64,000 nt of DNA from Camelus dromedarius (lineage: Eukaryota). This document shows, piece after piece, positions 37,181 to 50,262 of this stretch; the stretch's first letter is position 1; every line of letters starts with the position of its first letter. Position numbers and translations under genes: made by a program. The notes below the pieces were generated by a model that had not been told where the DNA came from, did not search any database, and worked only from the letters and a program-made list of their open reading frames with translations. Location of the stretch: the NCBI RefSeq assembly GCF_036321535.1, contig NC_087436.1:47122001-47186000 (forward strand). Reading direction: 5' to 3'.

Positions 37181-38269
37181 CTGCGGAGAAGAGGGCAGCA
37201 CTAAGCCACACCGTCCTTCCCAAGGTCCTCCCTGTCACGCGTCGGTCCCTGAATCACCAGAGTTTTACATATTTGCACATTCAAAAACCATCTGGAGTCA
37301 GGATTTCTGGCTTGGATATGATTCTGTCTCAGGGGAACATGCCAAATAGGTCACAAGGTTCTCCAAGCTACCCCACAAAGTGACTGTGTGAGGTGGATTC
37401 CAGAGCGCTGCTGCCTTGCTCGCGGAGAGAGGCCCCAGCGGCCGGGGACACCGCTTACTTCCAGTGGAGCGGGATTCTCCAACTCTGGAATAATTTATTA
37501 AAATACCCTTTAAAGCGACAGCATATTTTTGATGGATAAATAGACCTTTTTATAAAAAAAAAAGAAAAGAAAAGAACTAAGCTTTATATTTTCTGTGTAT
37601 TGTATGTGTATTTTTCTTTTCCAGCTTTTTTGTTTTACAAGTAATGAGTATTCCCTCTGGAATCACATGCACATAAACCCTTTGGTTAAGATGATGTTTA
37701 AACAAAGCCCAAACCTGACTTAGAACGGCCATGCAAGTTTGAAAGTGTGCTGAGTAGACTAAGACAAGAGCCTGTGTACTTTTTCTTTGGAATTTTATGG
37801 AATCCTTCAGATACTGTCCTTGGGCTACAGAGGTTTTTACAGAGAACAACCTGTCCCCTATTCTCCAAAATCAGGAATGGGAATAGCCTGTAACAAGCGG
37901 TTATCTAGAATTTTGTTCCAAAGCATAAAGAAATAGTCAATTACATCAAAGCTTGGAAAAAAAAAAAAGGAAAAAATGATAAAGTACTTGAGAGGATTTC
38001 ATACTTATTATTTCAGATTTTCAGGCACAAGGAACAAGAACTACTGAAACATCCATAAAGACTATTTTTAAAAGCACACGAAGTCCTAAGTAATGCCAAA
38101 GGATTCAAGACAGTTCAAGGTGATTAGAAAGCAATCAGTTACTCCTTATGGGTGACACTATCAGTACTCCACTGGTGAGTCAGCCAGAGGATCCTGAGAA
38201 CCATGATTTGAGTTTCAGGCCATAAGAGAGCAAAAGTGATCACATACGCATTAGCTTTATCAGGTGGCC

Positions 38270-38620
38270 TCATTCATTCATTCAACTTTAATTTATACCC
38301 GTTATGTACCAGGCACCACAGACTCAGAATGAGACAAAAACAAGACAAGCACTCAAGTGTTCATGATATAACAGGAGAATTCAGGTGAGTAAACCAAAAA
38401 TGTCATCAGAACAAGTCCTCAAGAGTCACGAAGATTCACACAGCCGTGTGGGCAAAGATGGAGAGATTTACTCACACTGCCATAACTCAACCAAAACCAC
38501 CACCCAGGCCCAGGTCCTGATGGTCCTGAAGAGAATCCCAAGGGAAGAGAGGGCAGGGAAGGGCATTCTGTGCAGCGGGAACAGCATGTGCAAAGGCAAG
38601 AATGAGAAAGAACACAGGAG
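38270..38620 (-). mobile_element. L2 3' fragment
   Basis: (CATT)n end, TATGTACCAGGCAC and GGGAACAGCATGTGCAAAGGC. Confidence 0.65.
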
Positions 38621-40504
38621 CCGATAAGTGGATTCTGCTGAGAGGACTTCATTAGACTCCGGGGCTTCTGTGGTGTTGGGGCCAAGATGCTGGGATGACA
38701 ACCCAGCGAGCACCCCTAGCTCAGCAACAGCTGCTCTGTGCCCGGCACCCTGTCCTCAGTGTCACCTCCCAGAGCCTCCCCTCCTCTCTGCACATGAACT
38801 AGCAACTGTCTGGACTCCAGGCTAGGACTCCTGCCATCCCCTAGACTATTTATCTTTCTCAGGGATTACTGGTCACAAGCTAACATGTTATCTGTTGGTT
38901 CATTCACTACAGGCTGTCTCCCTTCATTAGAATATAGGCTCCCTGAGGACAGAATCTCAAGCATAATGGTTCCAACTTACCTAAAGCCATTTAATCAAAT
39001 CAATATTCAAGACAGACAATAAACCCTAGAGTCAAGACTGTCATTCCGAATTCAGAGAATCACTTGACTATTTTATTTCAAAAAATTATATGAAGACATA
39101 GCATATCATAGAAAAAAAAAATCTGAACAGTTTTACCAAGTCAGCACAATCCTAAAAATTCTATTCTGAGTAATACAAAGCAAAAGAGGCAAAAAGTAAA
39201 GACAGAAATAAAATACAGATGGGTCTGCCATGTGAGAGTTAAATGTGATATCATGTTTTAGACCAATAATTCCTAACCTTTAGAGTCAAGCACTTCACTG
39301 AGAATCTGACACCTTCTCCAGAGAAAATGTACATAGACACAAAATTCTGCATCAAACTTAGGAGGCTCATGGGACAACACCCCCCCACCCCCCAGCTAAG
39401 AACCCCTAACTCTAGACAACAAAGAAAGGTGTCCTCAGTGAACTCCCAGCTCTTCTGCATGCCTGGGAACCCGGAAACTGCCTCAACAGGCCTCTTTTGC
39501 TGGCTCATCAGCACCACCTACCGACCATTCTTGGCATTAAAAACAAACAAGAGTCACAGCAACAAGGATCAGAGCCACAGTGCAGCCACCATTCCTTTAT
39601 TCAGGAGCAGCTACCTAACACCCGTCCTACACGAGCACTCTGTGGCGTATAAAGATGAGGACCCAAATATGCCACAGAAAACAGGACAGGAGGAGAATAG
39701 AGGCACATGCCATGCAGCAGGGAGGAGAGTGGCACGTGTGCCAAGGGAGAGACAAAGTGCACAGTTAGGACAACACAGGCTACGTCCAGCCTAGAGCACT
39801 GGGGCCACTCTGGCGGGACCTTGTGAGAAAGGCAGGAGAAAGGTATGCGGTGATGATGGGAGGGGTGGCGGGTGAGGAGGAAGAAGGCTCCCCGGCAATG
39901 GCACTGTGGTTGGCAGGATACAACAGAACCACTACACGTCTTGAGCAGGGGAGGGACAGCGTGGCAGGATGTCACATGGGGGCTGGGGCACAGGCTCGTG
40001 GCACTCCCATGCGGGACCACCACCCTGCCAGAGCTGACCCTGACTTGTGTTGAGTGCTGTCCGACGGGGGCAGCTGCCTGCTACCAGGCGCCAGCCCGCT
40101 CAAAGCTCTGCTCAAAGGAGAGAGTCCTGACCCTCAGGGACGAGGGTGATTGACCCCACCAATCAGGCCTTGGTTACAGGCGGGAAGATGTGAGCAACAG
40201 GAAGGATAGAAGCTGCAGGACCCTGGGGAAGGGGGCCTGACACAGGAGACACGAGGCTCTCAGCACCGCAGAGCAGTGGTGTCAGATGGCAAACGCCGCT
40301 GTATCCCCCGGACAGCTGGCAGAAGCACCACTGGGGGCCTGCGCACTCTGGAAGCTGCTCAGCTGCCTAGGAGGCCTGAGTGGACGATGCTGGTGTTGGT
40401 TCTCTGCTCTAATGCTCCACACATCCCTCTGACGAGCCTCTACCACTCAGAGCAGCATCCTGCCAACCTGTCAGCATGGAGCAATCGCCCCAGGTGTATC
40501 AACA

Positions 40505-40862
40505 GTGTTTGTCATGGACCCAAATTCATGTGGAAATCCCACCCCCAATGAGATGATATGAGGAGGTGGGGCCTTTGGGAGGAATTAGGACTAGACAAGT
40601 CACAAGGGTGGAGCCCCCAGATCAGAGCTCTTCTCAGAGGCACGAGAAAGCTGGTCTCCTCTCTCTGCTCTCCGTCCCGTGAAGACACAAAGAGAAGTCG
40701 GCAGTCAGTCTGCCAGAAGAAGGCTCGCACCAGAACCCGACCATGCTGGCACCCTGATGATGGACTGTAGCTTCCAGAGCTGTGAAAAATAAATTTCTGT
40801 CACTTATATGCCACCAAGTCTATACTATTATTTTGTTACGGCAACCCAAACTGACCAAGACA
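40505..40862 (+). mobile_element. MaLR (MLT1A-like) solo LTR
   Basis: CCCAAATTCATG...GAGGTGGGGCCTTTGGGAGG...CCATGCTGGCACCCTGAT...AATAAATTTCTGT...CTGACCAAGACA is MLT1-type sequence. Confidence 0.85.
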
Positions 40863-42007
40863 GTGCTGAACAGAGATGTTCTCCCCAGTGAGTTCAGAGA
40901 AGGCTGAGCTAACCAGTGTCCTCATGACACATCTGCTGCTGGCCCGTGGTCCCCGCACCTAACTGTGCGGGGCAGGACAGCATGCACCATCTCCTCACCC
41001 TCCTGGACGACAGGACAGTTGAGGAGTCCTGTCTGGAAAAGACACAAGGTAATGTCAATTCCTTTGCTGCCAGAGGGAGCCTCACTAAAGGCAGGTTAAC
41101 TGGTGCAGGGACTGGGGTGATAGGGAGGAATCACAAAAGTGACAAATTAACAGACACAGCAGGCGAGAGAGGGATAATCCAAGATGGCTTCAGGTTTCAC
41201 AGCAGAACAGATGCATCTCAGAGCAGACGAGTGGAGACAGGGTGGCAGGTGTGCATGTGAGCACACCCCTGTAGTACTGGCTGAATGAGGGCAGAAGCTC
41301 GAGGGGGCAGAAGGGACATGGTAAGAAGCCTGAGGGGTGACACCAGAATCCAGGCCACAGTGTGGCTCCCCGGGAAATAGCCCCCACCCAGACATGACAC
41401 CCAGTGCCTGCAGAAGCAGATGCTCTGGCTCACAGGCCCTGAGAAGACCGTGGGGAAAAGGGCAAAGGAACGAGGAGTGACAGGGGGCTGAGGGCAGCAC
41501 CAAGGGCAGATTAAGATCACTCCCCTGCGGGTCAGATCCCCCTCCCAGGTGTCTAGCGATGGTCAGGGTCAAAGAGACTCCATGTCTTTAGAAAGGGACC
41601 ACTGCTGGAGGGAGAAAAGCAGAAGACAAGAAAATGGCTTTCAACGTACAAACTGATACATTGTGCATTTGAAAACATATCAAAGTGACAATATGTTTCA
41701 CTGAGAAAAACACCATCAAGAGGTGAATCACCCACATGCTATTTCTAAAACATTACATTAAAGAAAAAAATCCCTGACTTTCAAAGTAGGACAAAACGCT
41801 TCATGCTGTCTTCGAGGTGTAATTAGGCATATTTGTTGATAGATAAACACAGAAGTGTTGGTTTGATCTTGGAGCAAAAGTGAGGCAAATGCCTCCATAA
41901 AACAGAGGAAAGTTTTAATATTTAAAGCAGATTTTGAGGAAGCAAATATGCTTTCATCTCTCTGGAAGAGCTGGTATAAATGTTTTGTTTTAAAAATGAC
42001 ATTCTCA

Positions 42008-45000
42008 TACAATAATAGGAGGAGATTTTAACACCCCACTCACATAAATGGACAGATCTTCCAGACAGGAAATCAATCAGGCAACAGGGATCCTAAATGA
42101 CACAGTAGAACAGTCAGATTTAATTGATATTTTCAGAATATTATATCCAGAAAACCCAGAGTATGCATTCTTTTCGAGTGCACAAGGAACATTCTCCAGA
42201 ATAGATCACATACTCAGACACAAAACAAGCCTCAACAAATTTAAGATAGAAATTATTTCAAGCATCTTTTCTGACCACAATGGCAGGAAACTAGAAATCA
42301 ACCACAGAAAGAGAACAAGAAAAAAATGATTAGATGGTGACTAAACAACATGTTACTAAAAACCAAAGGGTAAAAGATGGAATCAAAGAAGAAATTAAAA
42401 TATACCTTAAGACACATGACAATAAAAACTCAACCACACAAAATCTATGGGATGCAGCAAAAGCAAGTTCATAGTGATACAGGCCATCCTCAAAAAACAA
42501 AAACATATCAAATAAACAACCTAGCCTACCACCTAAAAGAATCAGAAAAAGAAGAACAAACAAAAGCTAAAGTCAGCAGAAGGAAATAAATAAAGATCAG
42601 AGGGGAATTAAGTAAAACAGAGATTTAAAAAATACCAGGAAAAAACCAATCAAATCAAGAACTGGTTTTTTGAAAGGGTAAAACAAAATCGACAAGCCTC
42701 TGGCCAGGTTCACCAAGAAGAAGAGAGAGGACACAAACAAAACAAGAAATGAAAGAGGAGAAATAACAACTGATACCAAAGATACACCAAAAAAAATGAG
42801 AATAATATGAATAATTATATGCCAACAAACTGGACAACCTAGAAGAAATCGACACATTTCTAAAAACACACAGTCCACCAAAACTGAATCAAGAAGAAGT
42901 AGATAATTTGAACAGACCAATCACTAGAAGTGAAATAGAATCCATTTAAAAACAAAATAAAAGTCCAGGACCAGACGGCTTCAGTGGGGAATTCTACCAA
43001 ACATACAAAGAAGAACTCGTATCGATCCTTCTCAAACTTTTCCAAAAGGCTGAAGAGGAGGAAACACTCCCATACTCATTCTATGATGCCATCATCACCC
43101 TGATACCAAAACCAGACAAAGACACTCACTACCAAAAAAAAAAAAACAAACAAAAAAAAACCCCAAACCACAGGCCAGTATCTTTGATAAATATAGACGC
43201 AAAAATTCTCAACAAAATATTAGCAAACTGAGTCCAACAACACATGAAAAAGATCATACACTATGATCAAGTTGGATTTACCCCAGGGTCACAAGGATGG
43301 TTCAACATATGCAAATGTGATACACCACATCAACAAAAGGACCAAAACTACATGATCATCTCAATAGATGCAGAAAAAGCATTTGATAAAACTCAACCTC
43401 CATTCATGATAAAAACTCTTACCAAAGTGGGTACAGAGGGAACATATCTCAACATAGCAAAAGCTATTTTTGACAAACCCACAGCCAACATAACATTCAA
43501 TAGTGAAAAAGTGAAAGCCTTCCTGCTAAAATCTGGAAAAAGACAAGAAGGCCCACTCTCACCACTTCTATTCAACACAGTACTGGGAGTCCTAGCCACA
43601 GCACTCAAACAAAGAAAAGAAATAAAAGGGATCCAAACTCGAAGAAATAAAAATGTCATTATATGCCGATGACATGCTACTATACATAGAAAACCCTAAG
43701 GGCTCCACACAAAAACTACTAAAACTGATAAAAGAATTCAGCAAGGTAGCAGGATACAAGATTAATTTACAGAAATCTGTTGCATTTCTTTACACAAACA
43801 ATGAAATATCAGAAAAGGAAGGTAAAGAAATAATCCCTTTTAAAATTGCCATCAAAAAACATAAAACAGTTAGGAAAAAGCCTGATCAAGGAGGTGATCA
43901 TTGAGAACTATAAAACACTGATAAAGAAAACTAAAGATGATTTAAGGAAATGAAAGATATCCCATGCTCTTGGGTTGGAAGAATTAATATTGTTAAAATG
44001 GCCATACTGTCCAAAGCAATCTACAGATTAAATGCAATCCCTATCAAATTACCCAGGACATTTTTCAAAGAACTAGAACAAATAATCCAAAATTTGTATG
44101 GAATCACAAAAGGCCCAGAATTGCGTACATAATACTGAAGAAGAACAAAACTGGAGGCATAACCCTCCCAGACTTACAGACAATACCACAGAACTACAGT
44201 AATCAAAACAGCATGGTATTGGCACAAAAACAGACAGATGGATCAATGGACCAGAATAGAGAGCCCAGAAATAAACTTATACATCAATGATCAATTAACC
44301 TTCAACAAAGGAGGCAAGAATATACAATGGAGAAAAGAGTCTCTTCGTCAAGTGGTATTGGGAAAACTGGACAGCCACATGTAGATCAGTAAAGTTAGAA
44401 CACTCCCTCACACCATACTCAAAAATAAACTCAAAATGGCTTAAAGACTTAAATATAAGACAAGACACTATAAACCTCCTAGAAGAAAATATAGGCAAAA
44501 CATCTTCTGACATAAATCTTAGCAATGTTCTCCTAGGGCAGACTACCCAGGCAATGGAAATAAAAGCAAAAATTAACAAATGGGACCTAATTAAACTTAT
44601 AAGCTTTTGCACAGCAAAGGAAACCATAAGCAAAACAAACTGAAAACCTATGTAATGGGAGAAAATATTTGCAAATGATGCAACTGACAAAGGTTTAATT
44701 TCCAGAAAATATAAACAGCTCTTACAACTCAGTAACAACAACAACAACAAAAAATCCAATCAAAAAATGGGGAGAAGACCTAAACAGACATTTCTCCAAT
44801 GAAGACATACAGATGGCCAATAGGCACATGAAAAGATGCTCAACATCTCTAATGATCAGAGAAATGTAAATCAAAACTACAATGAGGTATCACCTCACAC
44901 CAGTCAGAATGCCATCATTCAAAAGTCCACAAATGATAAATGCTGGAGAGGGTTTGGAGAAAAAGGAACCCTCCTACACTGTTGGTAGGAATGCGGTTTG

Positions 45001-45716
45001 GTGCAGCCTTTGTGGAAAACAGTATGGAAATTCCTCAAAGAACTAAAAACAGACTTACCATATGACCCAACAATCCTACTCCTGGGCATATATCCAGAGG
45101 AAACCCTAATTCAAAGAGACACCTGGACCCCAATGTTCATAGCAACACTATTTACAATAGCCAAGACAAGGAAATAACCTAAATGTCCATCGAAATATGA
45201 CTGGATAAATAAGTTGTGGTTTATTTATACATTGGAATACTACTCAGCCATAAAAAGTGATAAAATAATGCCATTTGCAGCAACATGGATGGCCCTGGAG
45301 AATGTGATCCTAAGCGAAGTAAGCCAGAAAGAGAAAGAAAAATACCATGAGCTCACTCATATGTGGAATCTAAAAAAAAAAAAAAAAAAAAAGACAAATG
45401 AACTTACATATAAAACAGAAACAGACTCACATCACAGACATAGAATACAGACTTGTGGTTGCCAGGGAGGAGGGGAGTGGGAAGGGATAAACTGGGTGTT
45501 CAAGATTTGCAGATACTGACTGGTATATATAAAACAGATAAACAAGTTTGTACTATATAGTACAGGGAAATATATTCAATATCTTGTAGCAGCTTACAGT
45601 GAAAAAGAATCTGAAAATGAATATATGTATATGCATGTATACAAATGTGTTGTACACCAGGAATTGACACAACATTGTAAACTAACTAAACCTCAAAAAC
45701 AAAACAAAACAAAACC
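42008..45716 (+). mobile_element. 5'-truncated LINE-1 with disrupted ORF2 (from mid endonuclease domain through RT and C-terminus), 3' UTR and (AAAAC)n tail; antisense in HADH intron 6
   Basis: ORF2 peptides [61 protein letters not shown] and [14 protein letters not shown]; many frameshifts and stops. Confidence 0.96.
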
Positions 45717-46595
45717 CTACAATGAGGTATCACCTCACACCAGTTGGAATGGCCATCCTTAAAAAGTCATGGCCATCATTAATAAGATGGCCATCATTAG
45801 TAAGTCCACAAACAATAAATGCTGGAGAGGGTGTGGAGAAAAGGGAACCCTCCTATACTGTTGGTGGGAATGTAATTTGGTGCAACCACTATGGAAAACA
45901 GTAATGATATTCCTTAAAAAACTAAAAATAGTTATCATATGATCCAGCAATCCCACTCCTGGGCATATATCTGGTGAAAACTCCAATTTGAAAAGATACA
46001 TGCACCCCATGTTCATAGGAGCACTATTTACCGAGACATGTAAGCAACCTAAATTCCATCAACAGATGACTGGATAAAGAAGATACAGTAAACATATGCA
46101 ATGGAATACTACTCAGCCATAAAAAAGAATGAAATAATGCCATTTGCAGCAACATGGATGGACCTGCAGATTACTATACTAAGTAAATCAGAGAAAGACA
46201 AATAGCACATGATATCACTTATATGTGGAATCTAAAAAATGATACAAATGGACTTATTTATAAAACAGAAACAGACTCACAGACATAGAAAACAAACTTA
46301 TGGTCACCAAAGGGGAAAGGGGGTGGGGGGATAAATTAGGAGTTTGGGATTAGCAGATACACACTACTATTTATATAAAATAGATAAACAACAAGGTCCT
46401 ACTATATATAGCACAGGGAACTGTATTCAATAGCTTGTGATAACCTATAATGAAAAAGAATATAAAAAAGAATTTTATACACACACACACACACACACAC
46501 ACATATAAATAACTGAATTACTATGCTGTACACCAGAAACTAACACAACACTGCAGATCAACTATACTTCAATAAAAAGAAAATAAAAAACAAAG
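45717..46595 (+). mobile_element. Second LINE-1 3' end (ORF2 C-terminus, a diverged 3' UTR, AATAAA at 46571-46576 and A-tail) directly after the first
   Basis: Starts with 28 bp identical to 44877-44904 and encodes MRYHLTPV...[15 protein letters not shown]. Its 3' UTR is homologous to, but clearly different from, 45390-45700. Confidence 0.94.
46479..46504 (+). repeat. (AC)n microsatellite within the L1 3' UTR
   Basis: About 12-13 AC units. Confidence 0.9.
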
Positions 46596-46951
46596 ATGAC
46601 ATTCTCAGGAGCAAGCATTTGTGAATGAAGTAACTGAAAACTACATTTGCTTTTCACCCAGTTCCATCTGTTTGTCTTTGAAGCAGAGCAGACATGAGTT
46701 ACCTTTCCAGCGGTATGGTAGGGAAGTTAGGCAAGAGGATATACCCAGAGATCCAGAATATACCTCTGTGTTGGCCACATGACTGCTCTGACTGGGACTG
46801 TCATGGGGCATCCTAGAGTCAGCTCAGGGGCCTCAGGGAATCCAGGGGCCCAGGAAACTCAGTGGAAAGGCACCCGACCCAGGGTCAGACTGATTCACAA
46901 AGTCAGAAAACAGAAGCCCCTTCCCTATTCCACATGGCCTGGCCCTTCTCA

Positions 46952-47104
<153 letters not shown>

Positions 47105-47349
47105 TCAGAGGAGAGAGACAAAAAGAAGACAAGTGAATTTTCACTGAACTTTATCTTTTGTGAAGTCACCAGATCGCTCCTTCTAACCCTGGGTTGTTAC
47201 CCACATTTATCTAGCGCTACATTTTCAAAGTACCAGCACAGCCTCACTTCTATCTTACATGACAATTTATCCAGCAACTCTAGTACCCCAGAACCCTCCA
47301 CTGCATGGGTCCCAAAATAAAGGCAGATCAAGCAAGGCAGAGGAGTCAC

Positions 47350-47520
47350 TAAAAAGAGCACAGCTTTGAGAACAGGCAGATCTGGGCTCAAATTCTAACA
47401 GTCTCTGACTCTGTGTCACTCAGAAACTCAGTTTCATCATCTGTGAAATGGGAATAGTACAGTAACTTCTACCTCACAAGTTGTGAAGATAAACCAGGAA
47501 ACCCATAAAATGCTGTGCAT
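47350..47520 (+). mobile_element. MIR SINE
   Basis: CTCAGTTTCATCATCTGTGAAATGGGAATA...CTACCTCACAAGTTGTGAAGAT. Confidence 0.7.
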
Positions 47521-48289
47521 ATAGCCCTCCACTTCTCTCCTTTCCCACACCCCTTTCAGGAGTCTAGAAAAAGTAACAATCCTCACAGAGGCACTACTTC
47601 CTGGCTTCAGGAGTTTCTCACGCTCCGGCAGCGGCACAGGATGGTTGAGTTGGGAACAGGTGCCGCAACAAACAAGCAGGTCTGGACAGACTAATGGCCT
47701 TTCACAGCTCACCACCCAAGGCCCTCTACCCTGGACAACCCCTGTACTGCACACTCTCTCGTCATTTCCCACCTCATTAAAATGCTTAACCACCACTCCT
47801 GCAGGCCAGGTGTGGGCTCTGGAGTCTACCTACTGCTCTCTTTTGTTGTGAAGCCGATTTCCACTAAGTAGGGGAGGCTCCTCTTTGAACATTCCCTGGT
47901 GATCCTCCTGCAGGCAGAACTCCTCACCCTGGCCCCAGGCCTCGTGTCCATTTCTAACACACACTAGGCACTCCATCAACATCCGAATTAAAGACGACCA
48001 GCCTCCTGCCCTGCTCCTACAGCTGACCTGGCTGCATGCTGGAGCTGCAGGATCTGTACCTCCGCTCCTTCTGGACACGGTGAAACCTCCCCTACCCCCT
48101 CTCCCAGGAGTACAGAGATGCACAAAAGAGCTTTATCAGTTTAACCAAGACTATGTTACTACAACAATGTTGAGTTTACAACCAGGGCAAAAATGCTTTC
48201 TAACTTCAAAAAGTTTACTGTAGAAATTCGGGATAGGGTAGGATAGTGAAATATATGAAGCATATCATATACAAGGTTAGAAATCAGAA

Positions 48290-48590
48290 GGCAGTCCAGG
48301 AAAAATATTTTCTCCAATTATAATATATGGGTTTTTATATAGACAATTTCATCTACATAAAGCGTTCATAGAACTCAACAAGGAAAAAGTGCTGAAACTC
48401 ACAAAATATTTAAACTCACTAGTAATCAAAGAAATATTCATTAGAATGAAACAGCATGTTGCCAGTAAGATTACTGGTAGCAGGTTTTCCCCATTATAAC
48501 AGCCAGTGCTGCTGAGGATGCGGAGACAGATACACTCATAACGCTGGCAGAATGGAGAGAGACACAGTCCTTTAACAGGGCAATTTAATT
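48290..48590 (+). mobile_element. Decayed LINE-1 (L1ME-like) fragment
   Basis: AACTCACTAGTAATCAAAGAAAT...CAGTGCTGCTGAGGATGCGGAGA...CACTCATA resembles ORF2 C-terminal DNA. Confidence 0.55.
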
Positions 48591-48649
48591 TTATGTAATT
48601 GTTCACCTTACATTTTTCATACACATTTATTTACTAAATATATTTTATC

Positions 48650-48885
48650 TCTGTACTTATCATACGCCATGAACTGTGTTGTTCGAAGTGTTTTACAAAC
48701 ATTAATTCATTTATTCTCATAATAACCCTGTGAGACAAATACTAATATTACCTCTATGTGAGGTAGAGGACACGGAGGCACAGAGAGGTTAAGTGCTTGC
48801 TCAAAGCAACATAGCTAATAAATGCCAGAGCCAAGATCTGAACCCAGGCAGGCTGGCTCCAGAGTCGTCTTAACCTTTCTATACC
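48650..48885 (-). mobile_element. MIR SINE
   Basis: AACCCTGTGAG...GAGGCACAGAGAGGTTAAG...GAACCCAGGCAGGCTGGCTCCAGAG core. Confidence 0.8.
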
Positions 48886-50172
48886 ACACTCTCCTCATGA
48901 AGTCTTAGTATGACTCTGCTGCCAAAGACCATCCCTGCTTGTTCCTGCACCTCCATTTCACACCTCATTTTTCATTTACTGCGCACTGATGTCCTTTCTA
49001 ACCCATGACTACCCGCTGCCACGAACAAAGCACAAGCTGATAAGAAAGTGCAACCATACCCTCTGCTTATTAATGTGATTTTTTTTTTAATCCAGATGTT
49101 TTAAAACCACAAAACTAAACAAACAAAAAAAACTGAGTGTTAAAAAATGAGACTCCTTAATACAACACTACAGTTCTGGACAGGGGAACTGGCACATGGA
49201 AGTCTGTTCTCTTTGGCTACTGGGGTCCACAGCAACAGGTGACTTTTCCAGATGATTCTTGAACAATTTGAATTTTCACAGGTTAACACAATGCTATGAG
49301 TTCAAACTTGAGAGTATTTCAGAAAGCAAAAGTATGCTATGAGAAGAACCACAATGATATTTAAGATTATGGTCAAAAAAGTAGATCATATATTTATAAA
49401 AATTTATAATGGCCACTTTGTGATAAAACTAACTGCCCCTTTAGGAAGACCTGCCAAGTCAGAAGCCAAGTCCCTAAGTTTTATGGGAACTAAAGAGGAA
49501 ATGGAGAGATTGAAGATAATCAAAACAAAAGCAGGTGATAGCAACTGGGATAATTTTACAATCACTGGTATCTTAAAGGGAAAAAGGCTAGAGGCATGCT
49601 TTCCATTCAGCCATGTTTCTTACTGAAAAACAAAACAACACAAAACAACCATAACGCAACATTCCACCGAGAAACAGTTTGGTTAACGCTACCTTGGGCG
49701 GATGGGCTTTTGCCTCTGTCTCTCATTTCCCTAACCACCTGCAGTGTTCCTTCCAAAAGTGAAGCTCTAGTTTTGTTTGGGGTACGTGGGACATCAGGCC
49801 GTGCCTGACACACAGGCTTCTGGCTCCCCGAGGCCCAGCAGAAGCTTAAGCTAATGGGGTAACAAAAACCATTTATGGAAACACAGCTGCTCACCGACAG
49901 AAAAAAGCCAAGGCCCAGAGGGAAGTCTGAGTTTTCAATTTAGCTGAAGCTGTGGGCTCCATTGGGATGTCAGGCTATCCACTGCTGGCCTTGGGCAAAA
50001 TTTAGGAGTCTGATTTTCCTGCTGTAGGCACAGCTTGCCCTTTACAGCCTGCAGACAGGCCTGCAGTAAAAGTGACCCATCTCCCACATCATTTCTACTA
50101 TGGAAGAATTCTACCTGGACTAAGTCAGGTTCCAAGGAAAATCACCCCCTTAGCAACCTACCCATACTCTAC

Positions 50173-50262
50173 CTTGCAAGAAACAGGATGCTTTCCCAGG
50201 GCTTTGCTGAAGTCCACCAGAGATTCAAACGTCTTCTGGCTGGTCATTGGTGTTTTAATGAC
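50173..50262 (-). CDS. HADH: HADH exon 5, 90 nt, [30 protein letters not shown]
   Basis: ttccag acceptor and AAG|gtagag donor; in frame. Confidence 0.97.

Noticed and set aside
45749..45806. CRISPR-like repeat array (also the 5328 and 3380 direct repeats)
   Set aside because: Only 2-3 adjacent copies, no unique spacers, no cas genes, mammalian context.
42008..46595. Active L1 or intact reverse-transcriptase gene
   Set aside because: No 5' UTR or ORF1, and ORF2 is 5'-truncated and broken into many short frames.
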